Below are positions 19,237 to 28,615 of a DNA stretch of 64,000 nt, in pieces. The position numbers and the translations under genes are program-made. The DNA is taken from assembly GCA_963754315.1 (NCBI GenBank), contig CAVWFS010000011.1, positions 1 through 64,000 on the forward strand, given 5' to 3'. Position 1 is the stretch's first letter. Each line of letters opens with the position of its first letter. Source of the stretch: an uncultured Candidatus Rokubacteria bacterium (lineage in GTDB: Bacteria > Methylomirabilota > Methylomirabilia > Rokubacteriales > CSP1-6). The notes below the pieces were generated by a model. It had not been told where the DNA came from and made no database searches. It worked only from the letters and a program-made list of their open reading frames with translations.

Positions 19237-20313
19237 CTAGCTCAGAACCTCCTTGTTCCAGCGGGCGAGATAGGCCGCGCGGTGCTGGTTCATCTTCTGA
19301 TAGTCCAGCGGCATCATGGCCTTGAGGTCGGCCTCCTTCAGGGCATAGTGGGCCATCTCCGGCGGGAGCTTCGCCTTCATGTTGGACGGCGGATACCGGA
19401 ACCGCCGGGTCATCTCGATCTGGTACTCGGCATCCAGGGTGATGTTGACGAACTGCTGTGCCTGCCGCTCGAACTTGGTGCCCTTGAGGATCGGGAACCC
19501 GTTGCCGACCTGGAGGCTGCCCCTGGGGAAGACGATGTCCACCGGCACGCCATCCGCCTGCAGCGAGAAGCAGCGCCCATTCCAGAACGGCATCATCCAG
19601 ATTTCCTCGCGCGTGAAGGCCTTCAGGGTCACGTCGGTGTTTTCCATGACCAGCGCGTCGTTCTTCTTGACCAGTTCCGCGATCGCCTTCATGCCCGGGT
19701 CGATGTTGTCGGGGGTGCCACCGAGAGACTGGTTCAGGGCGTGCAACCACTGGATGCCGACCCAGCCATAGGCCGGGATGGCGATCTTGCCCTTGTACTT
19801 GGCACTGCCCAGGTCCAGGAACGAGGTCGGCTTGGCCGTCACCCGCTTGGTGTTGTACACGAGGCCCATCACGATCTGCGTGTGGGCCGCCCAGTAGGAC
19901 TTGAGTCCCGCCCGTGGCGGCTCGAAGGTGCCAGGCAGCAGGTCCTTGTAGTTGGTGACTACACCGAGATCGTAATCTTGAAGACAGCCACCCTCGGCCA
20001 GCAGCACCGCTTCCGCGTTGAGGATGGCGGGGACGGTGAACGGTGGGTTCCCACACTGCGCCATCGCCTTGGTCGCGATCACCGAATCAATCATGTGCGC
20101 ATAGCTGACCGGGGTGCCGAATCGCTTCTCGAAGCCCGCATTCACCACGTAGGCCTGCTTCAGGCCATCGCCCCACGACCCGCCCGTCGAGGCGATGGTG
20201 AACGCGTCCTCCGCCCAGGCCGGACGCATCCCGCCCAGCTCCGCCGACGCTATCGCCGCCGCCCCGAGGCCCATGGCTCGCATCATGTCTCGTCGGGAAA
20301 TGTCCTTGTGCAT
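19237..20313 (-). CDS. ABC substrate-binding protein (PotD-like), Tat signal
   Basis: SRRDMM twin-arginine leader; GGSWGD; first gene of the ABC operon. Confidence 0.88.
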   Translation of the reverse strand: MHKDISRRDMMRAMGLGAAAIASAELGGMRPAWAEDAFTIASTGGSWGDGLKQAYVVNAGFEKRFGTPVSYAHMIDSVIATKAMAQCGNPPFTVPAILNAEAVLLAEGGCLQDYDLGVVTNYKDLLPGTFEPPRAGLKSYWAAHTQIVMGLVYNTKRVTAKPTSFLDLGSAKYKGKIAIPAYGWVGIQWLHALNQSLGGTPDNIDPGMKAIAELVKKNDALVMENTDVTLKAFTREEIWMMPFWNGRCFSLQADGVPVDIVFPRGSLQVGNGFPILKGTKFERQAQQFVNITLDAEYQIEMTRRFRYPPSNMKAKLPPEMAHYALKEADLKAMMPLDYQKMNQHRAAYLARWNKEVLS

Positions 20314-20534
20314 GACGCTCCTCCTCCTTCACAGACGGTTCACTGTCAGCCGATCGGCCCGGCCTGCCCGTGGGGAACGCCAGCCAGGTCTCGGCCTAGC
20401 CAGCCTGGCCCGCACGCTATCAGCCCCGGCAAAGGCTTGTCAAAAGGCCCAGCGTTGCCTGACCTAACCCTGCCGGGCGATGCTAGGTAGTCGGAGCAAT
20501 TCTCGGGAGGAGGTAGTCTCTTCTGCGGCGTGCC

Positions 20535-22031
20535 ATGCTTCCCGTGATCTTGATGGTCATGTCGTTGATGGTGGCCATCGTGGTTGGCGAGGTCGGGTTG
20601 CGATTCATCGATGGATTTCAACCTTTCAGCGTTGCCTTGGTCCCTCGCGCGCTCACGGGACGACCCTTGATGCCTCCTGCGCCCGGCGACGCCTATCCGG
20701 GTATTCCGCTGGCCCCTTCGGTAAACGAGGCTTGGTTCGCGCTGGATCCCAGTCCGATTTCGCGTCAGCCGGAGGATGGCGAGGTTGCTACGCGTCAGGC
20801 CTGGTACCCTGGCGATTCACACCTTGCCTACTGGGAGTGGAACCGCCGATATCTGAGGAGTCTCGCCTGCGGGCGCGGCCTGTGGCGGGAGTTGTCAAGG
20901 GCGCGGTCCGTGTACCTGTTCGACTCCTCACGAGACTCGGTGTACCCACGCTTTCGTCATGTGGCTGGCATCACCGTTCCGGAGGGGGGGATGGTTCTCA
21001 ATGCCTTTGGCTGGCGGGGAGCGGAGATTCCGATCACCAAGGGGGTCGGGGTGCTGAGAATCGCTTTCCTCGGTGCCTCGACCACGTTGGGGAGCCCTCG
21101 CTACGCGTGGAGTTATCCTGAGCACGTCGGCGCTTGGCTCAACACCTGGGCTCGCCAGACCGGAAAGGCCATCACGTTCGAGATCGCCAATACCGGCCGG
21201 TTTGGCGCCAAATCCGCGGACATCGCGGGGATTGCGGAGGAGGAGGTGCCCGCCTTCGCGCCCGATATCCTCGTCTACTATGAAGGGCACAACGACTTCC
21301 AGCCATCGTTCCTGCGATGCCCTGCCGGGATCGCTCCATCGGCTGAGCGGTTCGCGTTCCGTCATGGGCATTGGCTGGAGAGCTATTCGGCCATCGCCCG
21401 TCGCCTGATGACGGTGATATCGGGCGTCCGTGCCCCTGGCATTGGCGAGCCCCCGCGGCCCGATTGTCGATTGCGATTTCCCGCGAGTATCGACGAGGCA
21501 AACCCCGCGCCCGATGACCCTAGGCACCCCGGCTGGCTGCAGGCGGTGTTCAGCAATCTCGATCGAATCGAGACCATGACGCAGCGGACTGGCCAGCGCC
21601 TCGTGGTCAGCTCCTTTCTCTGGATGATCCCCGACCGAAGGATCCTCGATAGCCAGCGTCATGCGCGGATCGTGCAACATCTCGATCGTTTCTATCCATT
21701 GCGGTACGCGGACTTACGACGCCTCACCGACTATCAGAACCGCGTGCTGGCCAATTGGGCCAAGAGTCGAAAGATCGACTTCGTGGATACGGCCGCCGCC
21801 TTCCCGAATGATCTCTCGCTCTTCGAAGATGCGATTCATCTCAACGAGCGTGGACAGCGAATCCAGGCCTGGATCATCTTCCAGGGACTGATCCCGGTCA
21901 TCGAACGCCTGCTCGACACAGGCGCGCGGACAGAGTCAAAGGGCGCGAAATCCCCCTTTGATGCGGCAACGCGGGCGCGGCGAATCTCGGTTCCCCCCGA
22001 GCAGCTCACTGTCGATTGCCAAGAGCTGTAA
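20535..22031 (+). CDS. membrane-anchored SGNH/GDSL hydrolase-like protein
   Basis: N-terminal TM; NAFGWRG, FLGASTT, YEGHND and FEDAIHLNERG motifs; GGAGGAGG SD. Confidence 0.75.
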   Translation: MLPVILMVMSLMVAIVVGEVGLRFIDGFQPFSVALVPRALTGRPLMPPAPGDAYPGIPLAPSVNEAWFALDPSPISRQPEDGEVATRQAWYPGDSHLAYWEWNRRYLRSLACGRGLWRELSRARSVYLFDSSRDSVYPRFRHVAGITVPEGGMVLNAFGWRGAEIPITKGVGVLRIAFLGASTTLGSPRYAWSYPEHVGAWLNTWARQTGKAITFEIANTGRFGAKSADIAGIAEEEVPAFAPDILVYYEGHNDFQPSFLRCPAGIAPSAERFAFRHGHWLESYSAIARRLMTVISGVRAPGIGEPPRPDCRLRFPASIDEANPAPDDPRHPGWLQAVFSNLDRIETMTQRTGQRLVVSSFLWMIPDRRILDSQRHARIVQHLDRFYPLRYADLRRLTDYQNRVLANWAKSRKIDFVDTAAAFPNDLSLFEDAIHLNERGQRIQAWIIFQGLIPVIERLLDTGARTESKGAKSPFDAATRARRISVPPEQLTVDCQEL

Positions 22032-23191
22032 GCATGGGTGCCCCTCCGCCGGAGCCGGTGTGTGCGGGCGACGAACGGCGACTGTACTTCGTCTGCCGGG
22101 GAGAGCCAACCGTTCCAGCGAAGACTTCGCCAGAATGTACGGCGACGCCAAGGGAACCGCACACTCCAGGCGCGCCAACCGACGGCGCTACTGGCGAAGT
22201 GGGGAAGGACCTCGCGCCCCAGCAGCTCCACGGCGCGCAGCGGCTCAGGGCCAAGCGGTGGACCGAACGAGAGGTGGCGCACTCCGGCCGCCACGAGCGG
22301 GCGAAGGCGATCGAGCAGGGTGGCCGGCCGCCCAGCCACGCCGATGCGCAGCATCCGCTCGTCCACCATCGCGCACGCGCGATCGAGGTCGCGCTCGACC
22401 CGCAGCGCGCGCTCGATCGGCGCGAACTCCTCGCGGGCGACTCCGAGACGCTCGTAGATGAGCGGTCCGAGAGCGTGGCCGTAGTACGCGATCTTCTCGG
22501 CCAGCGCGCGGCGGGCGGCGGCCTCGTCGTCTGCCAGCGACACCCAGATACAGGCTGCGACGTCGATCTCGCCGAGTGACGGGGGGCGGCGCCGACAGCC
22601 GCCCTCGATCAAAGGGCGAACCGTCGACCAGTGCTCGGGTGGGAAGAGCAGGGGGAGGGCGCCGTCCGCAAGCTCACCCGCAAGCCGGAGCATCGCCGGC
22701 CCCATCGCCCCGAGGTAGATCGGGGTGACGCGGCGGGGTGTGAACCGCAGATACCCGGCGTCGGGCTCGCGCAGGAAGCGGCCAGCCGGCGCGCGATCGC
22801 CGGCGAGCCAGGCGCGGATGACCACGATGGCCTCGCGCATCGTGGCCGCAGGGCGTGCGTCGTCGATGCCCACCCAGCCGAGGAAGTCGGCGGCGCCGGC
22901 TCCCAATCCGAGATTGAAGCGTCCGCCGGAGAGCTCATCAAGCGTGGCTGCCAGCATCGCCAGCTCGGCCGGATGGATCGTGTGCGGGTTGAGGATCCCG
23001 GCCCCGACCTCGATTCGCGTGGTGGCCTGGACCACGGCGGTCAGCAGGACGGGCGCCGAGCGCAGGAACAGGTCGTTGCTGATCCAGATCTGATCGAAGC
23101 CGTGGCGCTCGGCGGCTTGGGCGATGGCGACGTAGTCAGCGGGACGGAGATCGTTGTTGAGCCGAAGGCTACAGCGCAGTGCCGGCGCCAA
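21836..23191 (-). CDS. LLM-class flavin/F420-dependent oxidoreductase (Mer-like); natural end probably about 22188
   Basis: AERHGFDQIW, LDELSGGRFNLGLGAG, IYLGAMGPAMLRLAGELADG and SFGPPLG motifs; the tail after LPHF looks like read-through. Confidence 0.85.
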   Translation of the reverse strand: MAPALRCSLRLNNDLRPADYVAIAQAAERHGFDQIWISNDLFLRSAPVLLTAVVQATTRIEVGAGILNPHTIHPAELAMLAATLDELSGGRFNLGLGAGAADFLGWVGIDDARPAATMREAIVVIRAWLAGDRAPAGRFLREPDAGYLRFTPRRVTPIYLGAMGPAMLRLAGELADGALPLLFPPEHWSTVRPLIEGGCRRRPPSLGEIDVAACIWVSLADDEAAARRALAEKIAYYGHALGPLIYERLGVAREEFAPIERALRVERDLDRACAMVDERMLRIGVAGRPATLLDRLRPLVAAGVRHLSFGPPLGPEPLRAVELLGREVLPHFASSAVGWRAWSVRFPWRRRTFWRSLRWNGWLSPADEVQSPFVARTHRLRRRGTHAYSSWQSTVSCSGGTEIRRARVAASKGDFAPFDSVRAPVSSRRSMTGISPWKMIQAWIRCPRSLR

Positions 23192-23564
23192 TCACCGCCT
23201 CGGCCTCGATCTCCACCAGGAGATCGGGATGAACCAGGGTGGCCTGCACGAGGGTGTTGGCTGGGCGCACCTCGCCAAATCGCTCGCCGTGGACGCGCGC
23301 CACCGCCTCCCAGTCCTCGATGCGTCGCACGAAGATCCGGGTTCGCACGACGTCGCGAAGCGTGGCCCCCAGCTCGCCGAGCGCCCGCTCGATCCGATCG
23401 AGGATGAAGCGCGCCTGGAGGGCCGGGTCGCCGATGCCGACGATCCCGTCGGGGCCGCCGGCGGTGGTCCCCGAAACCAGAATCCGATCGCCAATCCGTA
23501 CCGCCCGCGAGTATCCAGCGAGCGCCTCGTAGGCGGTGCCGGTCGAGACGTGCTGGCGCTTCAC
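23169..23564 (-). CDS. RidA family protein
   Basis: GYSRAVRIGDRILVSGTT, DVVRTRIFV and RPANTLV...LVEIEAEA motifs. Confidence 0.92.
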   Translation of the reverse strand: MKRQHVSTGTAYEALAGYSRAVRIGDRILVSGTTAGGPDGIVGIGDPALQARFILDRIERALGELGATLRDVVRTRIFVRRIEDWEAVARVHGERFGEVRPANTLVQATLVHPDLLVEIEAEAVIGAGTAL

Positions 23565-24835
23565 TCGCCGAGCTTGGCCTTGAGCTGATCGACCTCGGCG
23601 GCAGAGATCTCGCCGACCGTCTTCACCTCGCCGTTCTCGATGCGCCAGAGACGGAATGGTCCCGTGATGTCCCCGTAGCGGTCGAACTGCACGGGACCGA
23701 TGACCCCGACGTAGCGGATGGGCTTGCCTTCCTTGATCAAGGCGAGCGCCTTCTTGAACTCGGCAGCGCCAGCGTAGACGACCGTGCCCTTCGTGTCGAG
23801 CACGCGGCGCATGGCGTCACGGATTGCCGCCGACTCAGCCTTGCCGGCCTGAGCGATGGCCAGGCCCAGGATAGCGGCGGCGTCGTAGGAGCGGTCGGCG
23901 GCGGGCGCGCCGGCGTCGAACTTCGAGAACGCCGGGTACTCACGGGCGAAGTACTCGGTGGACGGCGTCTTCGTGGTGCCGGACGAGGTGCCGAAGGCGT
24001 CGTTCAGGTGCTGGGCGCCGACGTCGCCGATGAACTTCGCCGAGTTCATCCCGTCGTTGAGCAAGAATTTCTTCACGCCGCCCTGCGAGATCCAGGTCCG
24101 TACGATGGTCGTGCCGTCGCCCGGATAGCTCACGAGGTAGAGCGCGTCGGGGTTGCCGGCGAGCGCGCGGGTGACCTCGGGCTGGTAAGACGCCTGGCTC
24201 GGGTTGTAGGGCGTCACCGAGATGATCTGGCCGCCGAGCGCCGCATAGGCGCGGGAGAACTCGCGCACCATGTTGACACCAAAGTCGTTGTTCACGTGGA
24301 TCACCGTCAGCTTCTTGAGCCCGGAATCGAGCGCGTACTTGGCGGCCGCCACACCCTGCAGGGCGTCGGTGGTGATGGTGCGGAAGAACCAGCCACCGCT
24401 CTTGCCCTCACGGCCCAGGTTGGTCAAGGTCGGCGACGACGAAGCGGGAGAGATCTGCACGATGCCGCTGGGCGCCGTCACCGAGGTGAGAATGGGGATC
24501 GACACCGGCGAGATGATGCCGCCGATGATGGCCGGCACCCGCTTGATCTCGACGAGCTGCTTGGCGGCGTCCACGGCGACCGCGCCCTGGCTCTGGGCAT
24601 CGCGAATCTCGGGGATGAGCTTGCAGCCGCCCGGACCGCCGGCCTCATTGAGATCCCGAAAGGCCAGCTCAACCGACTTGGCGCCGGCCTGGCCGAACTG
24701 CCCGGCGGGTCCGGTGAGCTCCATCACAACGCCGACGGTCACCGTGCACTGGGCGAACGCGGGACCGGGGAGACAGGCGCTCGCGGTGAGCCAGGCCAGC
24801 AGGACTCCGATCGTTCCCAGCGCGGTCTTGGACAT
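23561..24835 (-). CDS. branched-chain amino acid-type ABC substrate-binding protein
   Basis: Signal peptide; ELTGPAG, QISPASSSP, FFRTITTDALQG and VQFDRYGD motifs. Confidence 0.9.
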   Translation of the reverse strand: MSKTALGTIGVLLAWLTASACLPGPAFAQCTVTVGVVMELTGPAGQFGQAGAKSVELAFRDLNEAGGPGGCKLIPEIRDAQSQGAVAVDAAKQLVEIKRVPAIIGGIISPVSIPILTSVTAPSGIVQISPASSSPTLTNLGREGKSGGWFFRTITTDALQGVAAAKYALDSGLKKLTVIHVNNDFGVNMVREFSRAYAALGGQIISVTPYNPSQASYQPEVTRALAGNPDALYLVSYPGDGTTIVRTWISQGGVKKFLLNDGMNSAKFIGDVGAQHLNDAFGTSSGTTKTPSTEYFAREYPAFSKFDAGAPAADRSYDAAAILGLAIAQAGKAESAAIRDAMRRVLDTKGTVVYAGAAEFKKALALIKEGKPIRYVGVIGPVQFDRYGDITGPFRLWRIENGEVKTVGEISAAEVDQLKAKLGE

Positions 24836-24897
24836 CTATGTTCCCCCCGGGGTGTGTTGACCGTCGTGGCGCCAGATCGTAAGGTCTTCGTCCGGCC

Positions 24898-25710
24898 ATG
24901 ACAAGCGAATCCTCCGCTGTCGTCCTGCCCGGTGTCATGCGCGGCGGCGCGGCCCTCGAGCTTCACGATGTGAGCCGTCGCTTCGGTGGCCACTGCGCCG
25001 TGGACGGCGTGTCCTTCCAGGTGCGCCCGGGAACGATCACCGGCCTCATCGGTCCCAATGGTGCCGGCAAGACCACGATCTTCAACCTGATCGCCGGCGC
25101 GCTGCGGCCAACCGCGGGACGGATCGCGCTCGGTGACCGTCGGCTCGATGGCCAGCCGCCCCACCGCGTCCTGCGCGCCGGGGTGGCCCGCACCTTCCAG
25201 ATCCCGCGGCCGTTCGCGGCGATGACCGTGCTGGAGAACCTGATGCTGGCCGGCCAGGATCAGCCGGGCGAGCGGTTCTGGGCGAACTGGCTCGCGCCCG
25301 GCAGCGTGGCAGGTGGCGAGCGCGCGCTGCGCGAGCGCGCGCGCGAGCTGATCGAGTTCGTCGGGCTGGGCGCTCACATCGGGGCGCCGGCGCGCGTGCT
25401 GTCCGGCGGCCAGCGCAAGCTGCTGGAGCTGGCCCGCGCGCTCATGACCTCGCCGCGCTTGCTGCTGCTCGACGAGCCGGCGGCCGGCGTGAACCCCGTG
25501 CTGGTGGACGCGATCGCCGAGCGGATCGTCGCCTTGAACCGGGCGGGCCTGACTGTGCTCGTGATCGAGCACAATCTTGACCTCGTCATGCGGCTGTGCC
25601 GTCCGGTGCTGGTCATGGCCGGCGGCCACCTGCTGCTCGAGGGCGATCCCGAGGACGTGCGCGCCGATCCGCGCGTGCTCGAGGCGTATGTGGGCGGCGC
25701 GCCGCGATGA
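24898..25710 (+). CDS. livG: branched-chain amino acid ABC ATPase (LivG-like)
   Basis: GPNGAGKTT, ARTFQIPRPF, LSGGQRKLLELARAL and DEPAAGVNP motifs. Confidence 0.9.
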   Translation: MTSESSAVVLPGVMRGGAALELHDVSRRFGGHCAVDGVSFQVRPGTITGLIGPNGAGKTTIFNLIAGALRPTAGRIALGDRRLDGQPPHRVLRAGVARTFQIPRPFAAMTVLENLMLAGQDQPGERFWANWLAPGSVAGGERALRERARELIEFVGLGAHIGAPARVLSGGQRKLLELARALMTSPRLLLLDEPAAGVNPVLVDAIAERIVALNRAGLTVLVIEHNLDLVMRLCRPVLVMAGGHLLLEGDPEDVRADPRVLEAYVGGAPR

Positions 25711-26426
25711 GCGGCAGCACGCTGGCGATTCACGAGCTGGTTGCGGGGTACGAACCCGGGCTGCCGATCGTCCGCGGGGCGACCCTCGACGCGCGGGCCG
25801 GTGAGATCTTCGCGCTGCTCGGTCCGAACGGAAGCGGAAAGTCGACGCTCGTGCGGGCCATCGTCGGGCTCGTCGCGATCGACTCCGGCCAGGTGTTCCT
25901 GGACGGCGAAGACATCACCGCGCGCCCGGCCCACCACCTCGCTCGCGCTGGCGTCGGTTACGTGCCGCAAACGGACAATGTCTTTACCCGGCTGACGGTC
26001 GAGGATCACCTGGCGCTGGCCGCCGCCTCGCTGCCGCGGCGAGAGCGCCGGGCGCGGATCGGGGCAATGTACGACATGTTCCCCGACCTGGCCGCGCGGC
26101 GCCGCCTGGGCGCTGGACAGCTGTCGGGCGGCCAGCGGCAGATGCTGGCGCTCGCGCGGGCGCTGGTCCCGGTGCCGCGCGTGCTCTTGCTCGACGAGCC
26201 CACGGCCGGCCTGGCGCCGGCACTGGTGGAAGCGGTCCTGGAGCGCCTCCAACGCGCCCGGGCATCGGGCGTGACCATCGTTCTCGTGGAGCAGAACACG
26301 CGGGCGGCGCTGGCGGTGGCCAACCGCGGCTGCGTGCTGGTCGAGGGACGCCCGCGCCTGCTCGGCACCTCCGCGGAGCTGGCCGGTAACCCCGAAGTGG
26401 CCCGGCTCTACCTGGGGATCCGATGA
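25707..26426 (+). CDS. livF: branched-chain amino acid ABC ATPase (LivF-like)
   Basis: GPNGSGKST, LSGGQRQMLA, DEPTAGLAP and VEQN motifs; ATGA overlap. Confidence 0.9.
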   Translation: MSGSTLAIHELVAGYEPGLPIVRGATLDARAGEIFALLGPNGSGKSTLVRAIVGLVAIDSGQVFLDGEDITARPAHHLARAGVGYVPQTDNVFTRLTVEDHLALAAASLPRRERRARIGAMYDMFPDLAARRRLGAGQLSGGQRQMLALARALVPVPRVLLLDEPTAGLAPALVEAVLERLQRARASGVTIVLVEQNTRAALAVANRGCVLVEGRPRLLGTSAELAGNPEVARLYLGIR

Positions 26427-27334
26427 TCGCCGCCCAGGACATCGCCAACGGCGTGATGCTCGGCGCCACCATCGGCCTCGGCGCCGTCGGACTCACGCTC
26501 ACGTACTCGATCCTGGGCTTCGCCAACTTCGCTCACGGCGAGCTGATCACGGGCGGCGCCTACGTCGCCCTCACCGTACTCTGGCTGCTGACGGCGGCGG
26601 CCGGCTGGGGTCTCGGACAGTGGGGCGCGCTGTCGTTCGGCTGGCCGTTCCTCGTCGTGCTGGTGGCCGCGATGGCGGCGATGGCCGCGCTCGCGCTCGG
26701 ACTCGAACGCGCGCTGTTCCGGCCGCTGCGCGGGCGCGGGACGATGATCGGGCTCGTGATCGCGTCATTCGGCGCCTCGCTGGCGCTTCGCAGCCTGGTG
26801 GCGTTCGCCTGGGGGCCGGAGCCTCACTACTACGCACGCGAGATTTCGATCGCGCGCCAGGTGCTGCCGGGTGTGCGAGTCACCGCCGATCAGCTCTTCG
26901 TGCTGGCGCTGACGGCGGCGCTCATGGTTGGCCTCCATCTGCTGCTCAAGGTTACGACCTTGGGCCGCGCCATGCGGGCCATGAGCGAGAACCCCGCGCT
27001 GCTGGCCGCTACCGGCATCGACCCGGCCGCGGTGGCGCGCTGGACGTGCGTGATTGGCGGCAGCCTCGCCGCCGTGGCCGGCGTGCTCATCGGCCTCACG
27101 GTGCAGGTGCGGCCGCTGCTCGGCTTCGAGCTGTTGCTTCCGCTCTTCGCCGCCGTGATCCTGGGTGGGGTCGGCAGCGTCTACGGCGCCTTGGCCGGCA
27201 GCCTGATCGTGGGGCTCGCCGAGGCGCTGGCCGTTCCACTCATCGGAGCGGAGTACCGCGCCGCCGTCGCCTTCCTCGTCTTGATCGCCGTGCTGGTAGT
27301 CCGGCCGGCCGGTCTCGCGGGGACGCGCGGGTGA
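26423..27334 (+). CDS. livH: branched-chain amino acid ABC permease (LivH-like)
   Basis: GLTLTYSILGFANFAHG, LGRAMRAMSEN and AAVILGGVGS motifs. Confidence 0.9.
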   Translation: MIAAQDIANGVMLGATIGLGAVGLTLTYSILGFANFAHGELITGGAYVALTVLWLLTAAAGWGLGQWGALSFGWPFLVVLVAAMAAMAALALGLERALFRPLRGRGTMIGLVIASFGASLALRSLVAFAWGPEPHYYAREISIARQVLPGVRVTADQLFVLALTAALMVGLHLLLKVTTLGRAMRAMSENPALLAATGIDPAAVARWTCVIGGSLAAVAGVLIGLTVQVRPLLGFELLLPLFAAVILGGVGSVYGALAGSLIVGLAEALAVPLIGAEYRAAVAFLVLIAVLVVRPAGLAGTRG

Positions 27335-28284
27335 TCGGTGACGCCTTCGCGTACCTGGTCTTCTTCGCGGTGATCGCGCTCACCTATGCGCTCGCCTGCC
27401 TCGGCCTGAATCTCCAGTGGGGCGCGACCGGTCTCTTCAACGTCGGCGTTGCCGGGTTCGTGGCGGTCGGCGCCTACACCTCGGCGATCCTCACGGCCCC
27501 GGCGAGCCCGGACCGTCTCGGCGGCTTTGGGTGGCCAATCGCGGCCGGCTGGCTTGGCGCCGTGATGGCGGCGGGCGTCGTGGCGCTCGGGGTCGGCGTC
27601 GTCACGTTGCGTCTGCGCCACGATTACCTCGCCATCGCGACCTTCGGCGTCGCGGTGACTATTCAGTTGCTGGCCACGAATCTCATCCCCCTCACGGGAG
27701 GACCGTTCGGCATCCACGGGGTGCCGCGGCCGTTCACTGATCTCGTGGGAAGCCCACTCGGCCGCAACGTCGCCTACGTTAGCCTCGTATTGGCTGTGGT
27801 CGCCGTGGTCTACATGGGTCTCGAGCGGTTAGTCGCGAGTCCGTGGGGGCGCGTACTGCGCGGCATCCGCGAGGACGAAGCGGCGGCGGCCGCGCTCGGC
27901 AAATCGGCGGCCAGGTTCCGGCTGCAGGCCTTCGCGATCGGCTCGATGGTGATGGGGCTGGCGGGCGCCGTCTACGTCCACTTCATCGGGTTCGTGGCGC
28001 CCGAGGACTTCCTGTCGATCCTCACCTTCCAGGTGTGGACGATGCTCGTGGTCGGCGGATCGGGGAACAATCGCGGCGCCATCGTAGGCGCGGTCGCCGT
28101 ATGGGCGCTGTGGAGCGCGAGCGGTGCAACCTTGACCGCCGTGCTGCCGCCGGAACTGCAGGCTCGAAGCGCCGCGCTTCAGACCGTGCTGATCGGCGTC
28201 GTGCTGGCGGCGGTGCTGCTGGTCAGGCCTCGCGGCCTGCTCGGGGAGAAGACCGTCGTCTCCCGCCACGTCCGCCCGGAGTGA
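27331..28284 (+). CDS. livM: branched-chain amino acid ABC permease (LivM-like)
   Basis: GLNLQWGATGLFNVG, LRLRHDYLAIAT and SPWGRVLRGIREDE motifs; GTGA overlap. Confidence 0.9.
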   Translation: MIGDAFAYLVFFAVIALTYALACLGLNLQWGATGLFNVGVAGFVAVGAYTSAILTAPASPDRLGGFGWPIAAGWLGAVMAAGVVALGVGVVTLRLRHDYLAIATFGVAVTIQLLATNLIPLTGGPFGIHGVPRPFTDLVGSPLGRNVAYVSLVLAVVAVVYMGLERLVASPWGRVLRGIREDEAAAAALGKSAARFRLQAFAIGSMVMGLAGAVYVHFIGFVAPEDFLSILTFQVWTMLVVGGSGNNRGAIVGAVAVWALWSASGATLTAVLPPELQARSAALQTVLIGVVLAAVLLVRPRGLLGEKTVVSRHVRPE

Positions 28285-28615
28285 GCGGCACGGCACTGAC
28301 CTCGTCGTGCTTCAGCGTACGACGGGCGATTCGCTCGATTTTCATGATGAGCCGGCAGGCTGGATCAGGACAGGTGACGCGCGTGTCGGTCTCGATCCAG
28401 TCTGCCGGGTGGCAGGCCCGCTGCTTGGCCGGCAGGAGCGGGATCGCCGCCTGGAGGGCGTACAGGCAGAAGTCGGCCCCCGGTGGGAGCGAGATCTTGC
28501 CACCGCGCAGACGCACGCGGTCGCCGATCCGCATCCGGCATGTGCAGTGCCCGTCGATACGCTCGACCACGACCTCGAGGTCGTAGAGCGTGAAGGTGTC
28601 ATCGCGGCTAGCCAC
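28223..28615 (-). CDS. TIGR04076-family protein
   Basis: FTLYDLEV...C-x-C...FCLYALQAAIPLLPAKQR...DWIETD...CPDPAC. Confidence 0.75.
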   Translation of the reverse strand: MASRDDTFTLYDLEVVVERIDGHCTCRMRIGDRVRLRGGKISLPPGADFCLYALQAAIPLLPAKQRACHPADWIETDTRVTCPDPACRLIMKIERIARRTLKHDEVSAVPLTPGGRGGRRRSSPRAGREA

